A DNA stretch of 44,166 nucleotides from Treponema sp. (GTDB lineage Bacteria > Spirochaetota > Spirochaetia > Treponematales > Breznakiellaceae). The stretch spans positions 1 through 44,166 of the forward strand of contig WQXE01000001.1 in NCBI GenBank assembly GCA_009784995.1. Direction: 5' to 3'. Below the pieces are notes generated by a model. The model did no database searches, was not told where the DNA came from, and saw only the letters and a program-made list of their open reading frames with translations. A program made the translations under genes and the position numbers. Numbering within the stretch: position 1 is the stretch's first letter; each line of letters starts with the position of its first letter. Of this stretch, positions 20,839 through 30,567 are shown in pieces.

Positions 20839-21303
20839 ATGAAATATTATTACAAATATTCATATAAAATCTGTAACCTTTTTATAACAGAAGAAAATAA
20901 TTCTATTCATAATGTCAGATTCAATATTGATGAGATATCAGGCGAAGTAAAAAAAAGCGAAACCCCGTTAATAAAAGAGACAGCGAAACAGCTTGATGAA
21001 TATTTTAACGGCAAACGAAAAGTTTTTGATTTACCGCTTAACGCGAACGGAACGGAGTTTCAAAAAAAGGTCTGGCAGGCTCTTCAAACAATTCCATACG
21101 GACAAACTTGCAATTACGAGCGAATAGCGGTTTTAATCGGTAAACCTAAAGCGTGCAGAGCTGTGGGAATGGCGAACAATAAAAACCCAATAGCGATAAT
21201 AATTCCCTGTCATCGCGTTATCGGCAAAGACGGAAAATTAACCGGATACGCCGGCGGCTTGGAACTAAAACAAAAACTACTCCAATTAGAAAATAATAAT
21301 TAA
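20839..21303 (+). CDS. ogt: Methylated-DNA--protein-cysteine methyltransferase
   Basis: GTEFQKKVW...IPYGQT...RAVGMAN...IPCHRVIG...GYAGG with intact PCHR active site. Confidence 0.95.
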   Translation: MKYYYKYSYKICNLFITEENNSIHNVRFNIDEISGEVKKSETPLIKETAKQLDEYFNGKRKVFDLPLNANGTEFQKKVWQALQTIPYGQTCNYERIAVLIGKPKACRAVGMANNKNPIAIIIPCHRVIGKDGKLTGYAGGLELKQKLLQLENNN

Positions 21304-21315
21304 TTTGGAATTTTA

Positions 21316-23040
21316 TTAACTATGTTGGGCGGATAATGTGATAAGTGACGCGAATAAAGTAATACCCAAAGCGATTATATAAATAACTATCGCCGCGGAA
21401 AAACCCGCGCTTATTGTAAGCCAAATACCCAATGTATTAAAAATTGACCTGTACAGAAAAACAAAGCCATGAAAGACAACCGGTAAAACAGGCAGTAATA
21501 AAGCGAAAAGATAGCGCGGTTTTTGCCGGGCGCGGTAACGCCACGCGATTACAATAATAAAAATCGACATGGGTAAAAAGAATAAAGCTGACCCCAAACG
21601 GTTTAAAATCTCCGCTTCAAAAATCTGATAAATATATCCGGCTTTTTCCAGGTTTCTCGCGGCGGCGAAAAGTTCTCTAATCTGTAAGTTAGAAAGACCT
21701 CTTCTTACATTGGAAAGCAGTAAAAATTCCTCAAAATCAATATCCAATAATATTCCGCCCAAAGGTTCCCTTCCTACCTGCCATTCACTTTGGAAACTAT
21801 GTTCTTCGTTAAAACGATCAAGCGCGTGAGTCATAATAAGTATTTTTTGCTGATGGTTCAATGTAAATGGCAATAGTTTCACATAACGGGCTGTTCCGCT
21901 TGCCTTTAAGTTCATGTCATTGTCAAAACCCATATAATCAAACCCAAAACCGTAGGAAACATCGGGCGATAATGTAAGGCTGGAAAAACGCAGTACAACC
22001 CTGCCTTCTTCGCTTGGAAGTGAAAACACGGCTCCGTTTAAAATCTCGCCTACGGAAAGCTCTACTTCGTCAATAAAAAACGCGGTTAACGCCGCGCCCT
22101 GTTCGCTAGCCGCGAGAAAGTTTACAACATCAGGATCGTTTGGAGTATGTACGATTAATTCCTGAAAAATATAATAAGCGCGGACCCACTGCCCTGTCTG
22201 CATTGCCTGATAACCCGAAAGTTTTAAATTGTGCAAATTAAAAACTTGTGTTTCTCTTTGGTTGGGCGCCTGCGAAGAAATCATGTTCCACGCGTCACTC
22301 GCCAACTGAGAAGCGGCGGCAGCCTGTACATTGTTTCGCCCCGCTAGGCGCCCGGCTAGCCCCGCTAACCAATGAGCGTCAAAATAACGCTCCTCGGCAA
22401 AAGCCGTTTGAGCCAATGAAATAGCTGTTACAGAATCAATTGGCTGTTCGTCAGATAACGGAAAAATATCAACATTATAATTTTCTCTTCTTTGAGTAGC
22501 GGCGTTTCCCAAATTTTTAGCGATATCGGATCTTAAATTTTCAAGCTCCGGGCTATTATACCAAATACGATCACAGATCGCTAAAAATTGAGCCGCGTCA
22601 AACCAGTCACCGGCTTTTGCGCTCTCTTGCGCGTTATTTTTCGCGAGCTGATAAAGCGATCCGGAAAAACGCGTATTATCTTCGTTTGCTTTTACCAATG
22701 GAGCTACAAGAAAGAAAATAAGCGCGTAAATTATCGCGGCTGCAATCGCTGTAATTACCGAAGTTAATAGGCGTTTAAAAAACACATCAGAAAAACTTTT
22801 AAAGTTTTCTTCGTATGAAACAAGACCAAAAGGAATTACCAAAGCGGATAACGCCAAAGCGGGAAACAAATTAAAAACTTCCAAAAAACCCTGTATCAAA
22901 CGCCAACTGCCCGCGTAAATGGGAAGCGGCGGCTGAGAACCGGGAAAAATAAAACGGAAGATTAAAATTAAAAGCGATGAAATAACAACATAAATAATAA
23001 ATATATATTGTGGTGTTCTAAATTTTTCGATATTAATCAT
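21316..23040 (-). CDS. Hypothetical membrane protein (3 TM + large TPR-like periplasmic domain + C-terminal TMs)
   Basis: Long ORF with that hydrophobicity pattern. Start placed at ATG 23040, overlapping the upstream stop. Confidence 0.8.
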   Translation of the reverse strand: MINIEKFRTPQYIFIIYVVISSLLILIFRFIFPGSQPPLPIYAGSWRLIQGFLEVFNLFPALALSALVIPFGLVSYEENFKSFSDVFFKRLLTSVITAIAAAIIYALIFFLVAPLVKANEDNTRFSGSLYQLAKNNAQESAKAGDWFDAAQFLAICDRIWYNSPELENLRSDIAKNLGNAATQRRENYNVDIFPLSDEQPIDSVTAISLAQTAFAEERYFDAHWLAGLAGRLAGRNNVQAAAASQLASDAWNMISSQAPNQRETQVFNLHNLKLSGYQAMQTGQWVRAYYIFQELIVHTPNDPDVVNFLAASEQGAALTAFFIDEVELSVGEILNGAVFSLPSEEGRVVLRFSSLTLSPDVSYGFGFDYMGFDNDMNLKASGTARYVKLLPFTLNHQQKILIMTHALDRFNEEHSFQSEWQVGREPLGGILLDIDFEEFLLLSNVRRGLSNLQIRELFAAARNLEKAGYIYQIFEAEILNRLGSALFFLPMSIFIIVIAWRYRARQKPRYLFALLLPVLPVVFHGFVFLYRSIFNTLGIWLTISAGFSAAIVIYIIALGITLFASLITLSAQHS

Positions 23041-23950
23041 AGTCATCCCGCCTTTTCGCGGCAAACGAAAGAAGTGTATAAATATTTACAAGAATACCAA
23101 AACCCAGAAAAAATAATGGAAGCGCGATATTAATAGGAACAATGCCATTTAAAAATGAATCGATAGTATCTATCATTTCGGGTCTATTAAATAATGTGTT
23201 AATGGCTAAAACACCCCGAAAAGCCAAAGCCGCCAAAAACAGGTTCGCGAGGGGCCAGGCGCTAAACCTTACGGTATACGCTATCGAACACAAAAGAAAA
23301 ATTAATGAACCTACATACATAAGATACGAAAAAAACCCCTGATTAAATTTCTGTTGAAACACTTCGGCGTTTAATCTTATATCTATGGAAATACTTTTTA
23401 AAAACCAGGGAGTATCATCGCCGAACGGAACATCGGGCAATGAAAAGGACGAACTAACAGATTGCTGGTAAACAAGCGGCTGACCGGGAATCGCTGTTAC
23501 TCTTGGACCGTTTGGCTCTGTAATACCATTAAGTAAAACCACAGCGGTTTCATTTTTATTTAACTCGTTGGTAAGAATTAAACCCCTGTCCCCCAGCGGA
23601 ATACCGGAAACCTGAGCCGGTGGAACGCCTTTCCAATGTTCTAAAAGAAAAGAAATTCCAAAACAAAAAATAAATGAAAGCGACATTACGCAAACAATCG
23701 CCATTATGGAAAAACATTCTCTTCTTACAGCGTAATTTAACGCCAATATAATAGAAGAAAACAATACTAACGAAAGAGACCAGTGAGCGGCGGATATAAG
23801 TAATGTAAGTGTGGTTTCAGGTCTAGGCGGCAGATTTTTAATCCAATCAACACGTAAAGATAAAAATTTAAAAAGCGTCACTAAAATTAAACTAATGAGA
23901 AAAGTAAGACTAAATAAAAGGATTAATTTGGCTAATTTGCTCACATTCAT
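23033..23950 (-). CDS. Hypothetical membrane protein (3 TM + soluble loop + 3 TM)
   Basis: 305-aa ORF with six hydrophobic segments, coupled to the downstream gene. Confidence 0.8.
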   Translation of the reverse strand: MNVSKLAKLILLFSLTFLISLILVTLFKFLSLRVDWIKNLPPRPETTLTLLISAAHWSLSLVLFSSIILALNYAVRRECFSIMAIVCVMSLSFIFCFGISFLLEHWKGVPPAQVSGIPLGDRGLILTNELNKNETAVVLLNGITEPNGPRVTAIPGQPLVYQQSVSSSFSLPDVPFGDDTPWFLKSISIDIRLNAEVFQQKFNQGFFSYLMYVGSLIFLLCSIAYTVRFSAWPLANLFLAALAFRGVLAINTLFNRPEMIDTIDSFLNGIVPINIALPLFFLGFGILVNIYTLLSFAAKRRDDYD

Positions 23951-23997
23951 AGATTATCACGGTATGAATATTCCTGTCCATATGTTATAAATAAGAT

Positions 23998-25059
23998 ATG
24001 GAATCAAAAATAGCGGTTCTTGGAGCCGGCGCGTGGGGAACAGCAATCGCGAAAGTAATTGCCGACAAAGGAAAGGATGTTCTAATCTGGAGTTTTGAAG
24101 AAGCTGTCAGAGACGACATTAATAACAACGGATTAAACACAAGATATTTACCGAATGTAAAATTGCCAAAAACCATAAAAGCGACATCAAATATCGAAGA
24201 AGCGGCGGAAGGAAAGCAGTTTTTAATTTACGCGGTTCCGTCATTATTCCTTCTTGATACATTAAAAAATTCTATCAATGTAAAATCGATACGCGAGGGA
24301 AAAACCACAATAGCGGTTATAACAAAAGGTTTTCTGCCAACAGAAAATGGACCTCGCCTTATACTGGAAACAATGGAAGATTATCTTCCCGGTTTTTTCC
24401 GTCAGTCTTTAGTTTATATTTCAGGTCCAAGCCACGCCGAAGAAGTATCTTGTGGAAAAATCACGGGGCTTATTGCCGCGAGTGAAAGCCCAAAAAATTC
24501 CATCCGATTTAGAGACCTTTTAAAAAACCCGCGCCTTTTGGTTTATTCATCGCTAGATGTGCGCGGCGTTCAGGTTTCCGCGGCTACAAAAAACGTAATA
24601 GCGATTGGTTTTGGCATGTTGGACGCGCTAAAAACATCGGATAAAGCCGACATTTTTGGAGACGGAACAGAATCCCTGTTACTCGCGGCGGGTCTTAACG
24701 AAATACAGCTTTTGGGCAAAGCGTTAGGCGCTACACACCCGGAAACTTTTACCTCAATTTCAGGTATTGGAGATTTGGATGTTACATGCCGGTCGGTACT
24801 TGGAAGAAACAGGCGTTTTGGAAGGGACATTATCGAAAAAAATATTTTAGACTCGTTTAAAAATATTGATGATATATTAAACCGTATCGGCGAAATCGGG
24901 TATCTTCCGGAAGGTGTAGCGGCGGCGAAACAGATCAAAGAGCTTGCCGAAAAACACAAACTGCGAATGCCTGTATCTATGGGAATTTGCAAGGTATTAA
25001 ATAAAGAGCTTAAACCAATGGAGTTCTGTAAAAACCTGCTGACAGACTGGGAGAAATAA
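23998..25059 (+). CDS. gpsA: NAD(P)H-dependent glycerol-3-phosphate dehydrogenase
   Basis: GAGAWG Rossmann motif, SGPSHAEEV, KNVIAI, GIGDLDVTC, RNRRFG, PEGV. Confidence 0.95.
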   Translation: MESKIAVLGAGAWGTAIAKVIADKGKDVLIWSFEEAVRDDINNNGLNTRYLPNVKLPKTIKATSNIEEAAEGKQFLIYAVPSLFLLDTLKNSINVKSIREGKTTIAVITKGFLPTENGPRLILETMEDYLPGFFRQSLVYISGPSHAEEVSCGKITGLIAASESPKNSIRFRDLLKNPRLLVYSSLDVRGVQVSAATKNVIAIGFGMLDALKTSDKADIFGDGTESLLLAAGLNEIQLLGKALGATHPETFTSISGIGDLDVTCRSVLGRNRRFGRDIIEKNILDSFKNIDDILNRIGEIGYLPEGVAAAKQIKELAEKHKLRMPVSMGICKVLNKELKPMEFCKNLLTDWEK

Positions 25060-26403
25060 ATGTTTGAAAAACTGACAGGAAAAATAAACGACGCTCTACG
25101 TTTTGTTACAGGCAAAGCTTCGATAACAGAAAAAAATATCGAGGACGCTGTAGAAGCGATTAAAATGGCGTTACTGGAAGCCGATGTTAACCTGCGGGTT
25201 GTGCGCCGTTTTGTAAACTCCACAATCGAAGAAGCCAAAGGCGAAAAAGTTCTTCGTTCAGTAGACCCTGGTCAGCAATTTATAAAAATCGTGCACGACA
25301 AGCTTGTTTCTTTCCTGGGTGATGAAGATCAAAAAACCCGCGCGCTTAAATTAAAAGGTCCCGATGTAATAACTACAATTTTAATGCTAGGGCTTCAAGG
25401 CTCGGGTAAAACAACAAGCTCGGCGAAACTGGCTCTTCGATTAAAAAAAGAAGGAAGAAAACCCTTACTTGTCGCGTGTGACTTAATCCGTCCAGCCGCT
25501 ATGGAACAGCTTGCCGTTCTTGGAAACCAAATCGACATACCTGTTCATAAAGAAGATGGCGCGAAAGACAGCGTAAAAGTTTATCAGAACGCGCTTGGCT
25601 GGGCAAAGAAAAACATGATCGACACAATCATCATCGACACAACAGGTCGAATGCAGATTGACGAACCGATGATGGAAGAACTTTCCCGTTTAAAAAAAGC
25701 TTCCAACCCGGATGAAATGCTGCTTGTAGCGGATTCAATGACAGGGCAGACAGCGGCGGACATCGCGAAAACCTTCGACGAAAAAATTGGTCTTACAGGT
25801 GTGGTATTAAGCAAGTTTGATTCCGATACGCGAGGCGGAGCCGCTCTTTCTTTAAAAACAGTAACAGGCAAACCTTTAAAGTTTACAGGCACCGGCGAAA
25901 AACCGGAAGACTTTGAACCTTTCCACCCTGACAGGATAGCGGGGCGCATACTTGGCATGGGAGATGTTGTAAGCCTTGTAGAAAAAGCGCAGGAAGTAAT
26001 CGACGAAAAGCAGGCTCTTGAACTCCAGAAAAAAATGGAAAAGGAAAACTTTACTCTGGAGGACTGGCTTGAACAAATTAGAGCGATGAAAAAAATGGGT
26101 TCGCTTCAAAAAATGCTGGACATGATACCCGGCATGCAGGGTCAACTTAGCGAAGATGATATTAACAAAGCGGAATTAAAAAGTCAGGAAGCGATTCTTA
26201 GCTCAATGACAAAAAAAGAGCGATCTAATCATTTAATTATAGGACCGCCAAGGCGAAGCAGAATCGCGAGGGGCTCCGGCACATCTGTCGCGGAAGTAGC
26301 GCGCCTTTTAAAAAGGTTTGAAAAGATGCGCGGCATGATGAAAAAAATGGCAAAAGGCAACATGAAAGGCATGCCAAATATGCCCGCAGGCTTCCAATTC
26401 TAA
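25060..26403 (+). CDS. ffh: Signal recognition particle protein Ffh
   Basis: ALLEADVN, GLQGSGKTT, DTTGR, SKFDSDTRGGAALS, Met-rich M domain with RIARGSG. Confidence 0.97.
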   Translation: MFEKLTGKINDALRFVTGKASITEKNIEDAVEAIKMALLEADVNLRVVRRFVNSTIEEAKGEKVLRSVDPGQQFIKIVHDKLVSFLGDEDQKTRALKLKGPDVITTILMLGLQGSGKTTSSAKLALRLKKEGRKPLLVACDLIRPAAMEQLAVLGNQIDIPVHKEDGAKDSVKVYQNALGWAKKNMIDTIIIDTTGRMQIDEPMMEELSRLKKASNPDEMLLVADSMTGQTAADIAKTFDEKIGLTGVVLSKFDSDTRGGAALSLKTVTGKPLKFTGTGEKPEDFEPFHPDRIAGRILGMGDVVSLVEKAQEVIDEKQALELQKKMEKENFTLEDWLEQIRAMKKMGSLQKMLDMIPGMQGQLSEDDINKAELKSQEAILSSMTKKERSNHLIIGPPRRSRIARGSGTSVAEVARLLKRFEKMRGMMKKMAKGNMKGMPNMPAGFQF

Positions 26404-29366
26404 TTAAATTCAAATTGCCAAAGTCCTGTCTTGCCGTAAAACACAAAATACAGATCACGGGCGCCATTAATATTTTCTAGTTTACATTCCGCGTGTCCCC
26501 AGGATGGAAGCCGTCTAAAACTTGTTTGGGGAAGCGGATAAAATGATATATCACCTGTTATTGGTATATTTAAAACCCCCGCGATTTGCCCTTCGGGTGA
26601 ATCTAAACGAATTTCTATTCGGCTGTCATGTCTGCCTTGCGCGACAGCGGATAATTTAAATTTTTTGCCTGTTTCAAAATCCAGCGACATAAACTTTATC
26701 CACGCGCCGTCTTCATTATTAAACACTGCCGGTATATCACTGCCTCTTTTTTCATGAAGGAAACAAGAGCAGTAGGTATCAAAGTTTTTCGCGAATATAA
26801 CACTAGCAGGTAATTTTCGCGGAAGAGATTTTTCGCCTTTAACTTCAAAACCGCCTGTAAGACGAATATCCGCCGACGAAGCGCCGATTAAACAAGAGCA
26901 AGAGCCGGATTCAATTAAAAACCTTTCATTAAAACTTTCCCAAATCGCGAGTTCTTCTATTTTTAATTCAAAGTTTACAATTTTTTCTTCCCCCGCCGCC
27001 AATAAAATTCTATCAAAACTTTTTAATGTTTTTAAAGAACGCTGAAAATCTGAACCCTTAAATGTAACATACATTTGCGCCACTTCTTCTGATGAAACTG
27101 AACCTGTATTTTTTACTTTAAAAGAAATGTTTACGATATCGTCTTTCCCCGCTAAAGTTTTGTCTATTTTTAAATCCTTGTACTCAAAGTTAGTGTACGA
27201 AAGACCATGTCCAAAGGGGTACAAAACATTTCCGTTAAAATACTGATAAGTAGTTTTGCCTGCCATGATATCATATTCCATAATCGAAGGAAGCTGTTTT
27301 TCATCTTCGTACCATGTTAAAGGAGTTCTGCCTGCCGGTGAATATTTACCGCTTAAAACATCGGCGATTCCGTTTCCAGTTTCCTGAATACCGTGCGCCA
27401 TCCAGATAATCGCGGGTAATTTTTTGGAAATTTCTTTTATCGTATATGGATAACCGCTAATCATAACAAGAACTGTATTTTTATTTACATCGTTAATATT
27501 TTCGATTAACTGTTCATGGCGAGGCGGAAGGTTTAAACTGGGGCGATCTATACATTCCCTGCCGTTAATCATCGGGTCGTTGCCCGCGAAGAATAAAACA
27601 TGCCGCGCTTTGGCTGCCGCTTCTTTCGCCGCTATTAAACCGTCGCGCTCAAGCTTCATTTTAAATAACTCGCCCTTTACAGGAACCGGATCGTCATGTT
27701 GTGTAACAGGTGTTCCTGTTTCATTCGCAATAATACGCCTGTTATCGTGAGTTTTAATAAGAATGTTTCCATTTCCTTGAGGCACTATATTAAAAAGAGT
27801 AAAACCAAACCATTGTAAATTATTTTTCGCGGAAGCTGTAATAAAATAATCAGTTGTGTCATTTTTTGGCATAAGCTGAGGCGGTATTGGTTCTCTTCTT
27901 GGCGGAACTACTTCTCTTCTCGCGTAACAGCCTTCCAGTATCAAGCCGCTTTGTGTATCTGTAAATGTTTTAACACCCCAACCCCAATCTTCTACATAAA
28001 AACTCGCGGGTTTTTCCTGCGGTTTTCCGGCGGCTAATGTTTTTTTTGTTTTATCGGGATTATCCTTTTCAGGAACATCAATAAGAATTAAGGGCCGCCC
28101 ATCGTCAGTTGTAAAGGAGACAATGTCACGGCAGTCTGTAAACTCTATTTTTTCTCCGTAAGTTTTTTTAAGCGCTTCAAGCGACGTACTCTGGTATGTC
28201 GGGATCCCGGCGTACCAATCCAGGTGAAGCTCTGCCGCGAGAGGTCCCATTACAGCGATGGTTCCATTTGTTTTTTCAGGTACAATCGGTAAAATTGAAT
28301 TTTCATTTTTTAAAAGCACTATCGACTTTCTAACAGCTTCAAGTGAAAGTTTTTTATATTCTTCCTTCATATAATCAGCTTCGCCGATCGCCTCGTACGG
28401 GTTTTGATTTCCTTCTTCAATCGGATCAAACTGACCAAAGCGAAACCTTATCGCGAATATTCTTTCCAGGTGTCTGTCGATTTCCGCCTCATCGATTAAA
28501 TTTCTTTCCAAAGCTTCTTTTACAGCTTCTATTACAGGCTCGGGCATATCTGTCATACTATCCGCTCCGCTTTTTAAAGCCGCGGCAAGTGTCTCCCCGT
28601 GTGTTTCAAAATAATGATGAGCGTCTACTGTTTGTAAAAAATCGCCGCCATCAGTTACAATATGCCCTTCCAATCCCCATTCGCCTTTTACAATTTTTTC
28701 CTGTATGGGATGAATCATCATAGGGATTCCGTTTACCTCGTTGTAAGCGGTCATCATAGACACAGCTTTGGCGTCTTTTATCGCGGCTTTAAACGGCACT
28801 AGATAATATTCGTACATTAACCTGGGTGGAATAGAACAATTACACGCTATGCGGTTTTCCTCGTTATTATTGGCGAAAAAATGTTTTGGTCCGCAGCTTG
28901 CGCGTAAATAAAAAGGATGATCTCCTTGCACGCCGCGGATATATTGGCTCGCGAGCTGGCTTGTAAGATACGGATCCTCTCCATAACCTTCCTCGGTTCT
29001 ACCCCATCTTGGGTCTCTTTCCAAATCCACTGTAGGCGACCAGACAGCGAGCCCCCTTGTACGATCGCTTGATTTATAAAAACACCTAGCTTCGATCCCG
29101 ACAACTTCTCCGATCTTTTTTAAAAGGTCTCTATCCCAACTGGAAGCCAGACCTATAGTCTGCGGAAAAGTTGTATTGTTTCCTTCGCGGTTTACAAAAC
29201 CGTGAGCGCCCTCACCGCCTATTGCCCAGGCATTTATACCAAGACGTTCAACAGCGTGGTTACGGGTGGGAATAAAACCGTATTTTTCTTCGATTGTTAA
29301 TCTGGAAATCAGATCTTTAACACGTTCTTTTAAAGGTAAGGATGGATCATTAAATGGATATTTCAT
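26400..29366 (-). CDS. GH3 beta-glucosidase/xylosidase with Fn3-like and C-terminal CBM6-like domain
   Basis: TTFPQ, RDPRWGRTEEGYGEDP, KHF, SMMTAYN, VTDGG nucleophile, LYPFGHGLSYT, EEVAQMY, IEIRLDSPEG...DLYFVF. No signal peptide. Confidence 0.92.
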   Translation of the reverse strand: MKYPFNDPSLPLKERVKDLISRLTIEEKYGFIPTRNHAVERLGINAWAIGGEGAHGFVNREGNNTTFPQTIGLASSWDRDLLKKIGEVVGIEARCFYKSSDRTRGLAVWSPTVDLERDPRWGRTEEGYGEDPYLTSQLASQYIRGVQGDHPFYLRASCGPKHFFANNNEENRIACNCSIPPRLMYEYYLVPFKAAIKDAKAVSMMTAYNEVNGIPMMIHPIQEKIVKGEWGLEGHIVTDGGDFLQTVDAHHYFETHGETLAAALKSGADSMTDMPEPVIEAVKEALERNLIDEAEIDRHLERIFAIRFRFGQFDPIEEGNQNPYEAIGEADYMKEEYKKLSLEAVRKSIVLLKNENSILPIVPEKTNGTIAVMGPLAAELHLDWYAGIPTYQSTSLEALKKTYGEKIEFTDCRDIVSFTTDDGRPLILIDVPEKDNPDKTKKTLAAGKPQEKPASFYVEDWGWGVKTFTDTQSGLILEGCYARREVVPPRREPIPPQLMPKNDTTDYFITASAKNNLQWFGFTLFNIVPQGNGNILIKTHDNRRIIANETGTPVTQHDDPVPVKGELFKMKLERDGLIAAKEAAAKARHVLFFAGNDPMINGRECIDRPSLNLPPRHEQLIENINDVNKNTVLVMISGYPYTIKEISKKLPAIIWMAHGIQETGNGIADVLSGKYSPAGRTPLTWYEDEKQLPSIMEYDIMAGKTTYQYFNGNVLYPFGHGLSYTNFEYKDLKIDKTLAGKDDIVNISFKVKNTGSVSSEEVAQMYVTFKGSDFQRSLKTLKSFDRILLAAGEEKIVNFELKIEELAIWESFNERFLIESGSCSCLIGASSADIRLTGGFEVKGEKSLPRKLPASVIFAKNFDTYCSCFLHEKRGSDIPAVFNNEDGAWIKFMSLDFETGKKFKLSAVAQGRHDSRIEIRLDSPEGQIAGVLNIPITGDISFYPLPQTSFRRLPSWGHAECKLENINGARDLYFVFYGKTGLWQFEFN

Positions 29367-29373
29367 GGGTTAG

Positions 29374-29402
29374 ATTATAATATAATTACAAAAAAATGTC
29401 CG
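29374..29402 (-). promoter_or_regulatory. Putative promoter giving a leaderless GH3 transcript
   Basis: CGGACA-17 nt-TATAAT(29379-29374)-7 nt-ATG(29366). No SD sequence. Confidence 0.5.
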
Positions 29403-29410
29403 CAATAACC

Positions 29411-29486
29411 TCACGCCAAGACGCTAAGACGCCAAGAGAATAAAGTTTATACTTCAAAATCTTTGCGCCTCTGCGCCTTTGCGTGA
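29411..29486. repeat. Palindromic element with 8-bp periodic arms
   Basis: TC-ACGCCAAG-ACGCTAAG-ACGCCAAG, AT-rich spacer, then CTTTGCGC-CTCTGCGC-CTTTGCGT-GA. The arms are imperfect reverse complements. Confidence 0.75.
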
Positions 29487-29504
29487 TGAAATTCTAAAAT
29501 AATC

Positions 29505-30503
29505 TTAAAACTTATTCTTCTTTACCCAGTCGATGATTTCGTCGACTTTGCCAAAGACAAGTCCTGTTACTGTGTCGGCGCAGCCGTAGTAAATGGCGAC
29601 TTTGCCTGTATCTTTGTCGACTAACGAAGCGACAGGGAATGTTACGTTTGGCACATCGCCCGCGATTTCGTATATTTCTTTGGGGCAAATGATATACGGT
29701 TTGGGTCTGGCGATCACTTTCCAGGGTTTGTCCAAATCCATAAGAGCCGCGCTGAATGAATAAACAAAACCGTTACAGCTTGTAAGTACTCCATGATAAA
29801 AAACTAACCAGCCTTCGGAAGTTTCGATAGGGCAGGGTCCGGCTCCTATTTTTGTGCTTTGCCAGCCGCCGTTAGGTCCCATTACATGGCGGTGTTTACC
29901 CCAGTAAACGAGATCAGGGCTTTCTGAATACCACATATCGCCGAATGGAGTATGACCTGAATCACTTGGGCGGCTGTACATCGCGTAATTGTTTCCGATT
30001 TTGCGGGGGAAAAACGCGCCGTTGCGGTTATAGGGCATCATTGAGTTTTCTATTTGGTAAAACTTTTTAAAATCGTATGTATAACCTGTGCCAAGACATG
30101 GACCTTTGTAACCGTTACACCAGATAATGTAGTAGCGGTCTTCCAGCCAAATAACGCGGGGGTCATATTTATAATCCGAATCAGGAAGTTCCGGATCTGT
30201 TTTTTCAAACTTAATCGCGTTGTCTTCAATTTTCCAGTTAACGCCGTCTTTACTGAAACCTACATGAATGTCCATGTGTCTTGTTGTATCGTCGCAGCGG
30301 AATACGCCCGCGAACTCGCCATTAAAAGGCACTACAGCGCTATTAAAAATACTGTTTGATGTAAGAGTTAAATCACGGGGTATAACCGGATTTTTGGAAA
30401 AGCGCCACATGATTTCTTTATTGGGATCGCTTCCTTTACCTGAGGAGGGTCTGTCTTCCCAGGGAATGTTTGGAATACTTGTTCCATTAACAATTTTACT
30501 CAT
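29505..30503 (-). CDS. GH130 beta-mannoside phosphorylase (UhgbMP/RaMP2-like)
   Basis: IPWEDRP...SNSIFNSAVVPF...GVFRCD...YKYDPRV...NRNG...SRPSDSGHTPFGD...KIGAG...GDVPNVTFP...YYGCADT. Start at ATG 30503 after AAGGA. Confidence 0.92.
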   Translation of the reverse strand: MSKIVNGTSIPNIPWEDRPSSGKGSDPNKEIMWRFSKNPVIPRDLTLTSNSIFNSAVVPFNGEFAGVFRCDDTTRHMDIHVGFSKDGVNWKIEDNAIKFEKTDPELPDSDYKYDPRVIWLEDRYYIIWCNGYKGPCLGTGYTYDFKKFYQIENSMMPYNRNGAFFPRKIGNNYAMYSRPSDSGHTPFGDMWYSESPDLVYWGKHRHVMGPNGGWQSTKIGAGPCPIETSEGWLVFYHGVLTSCNGFVYSFSAALMDLDKPWKVIARPKPYIICPKEIYEIAGDVPNVTFPVASLVDKDTGKVAIYYGCADTVTGLVFGKVDEIIDWVKKNKF

Positions 30504-30520
30504 ACTTTTTTTCCTTTTTA

Positions 30521-30560
30521 TAAAAAAATATCCCGGCAATTATAATAATCACCGGGATTT
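30521..30560 (-). terminator. Rho-independent terminator downstream of the solute-binding lipoprotein gene
   Basis: Minus strand ATCCCGGTGATT-ATTAT-AATTGCCGGGAT followed by ATTTTTTT. Confidence 0.65.
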
Positions 30561-30567
30561 TGCATGT

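Noticed and set aside
24570..25238. 222-aa minus-strand ORF
   Set aside because: Lies antisense across gpsA and ffh, which are both unambiguous.
26400..26403. Overlapping stop codons of convergent ffh and GH3
   Set aside because: Common in compact genomes; no evidence of antisense regulation.
29411..29486. Possible mini-CRISPR
   Set aside because: Units are 8 bp with no spacers, and no cas genes are present.
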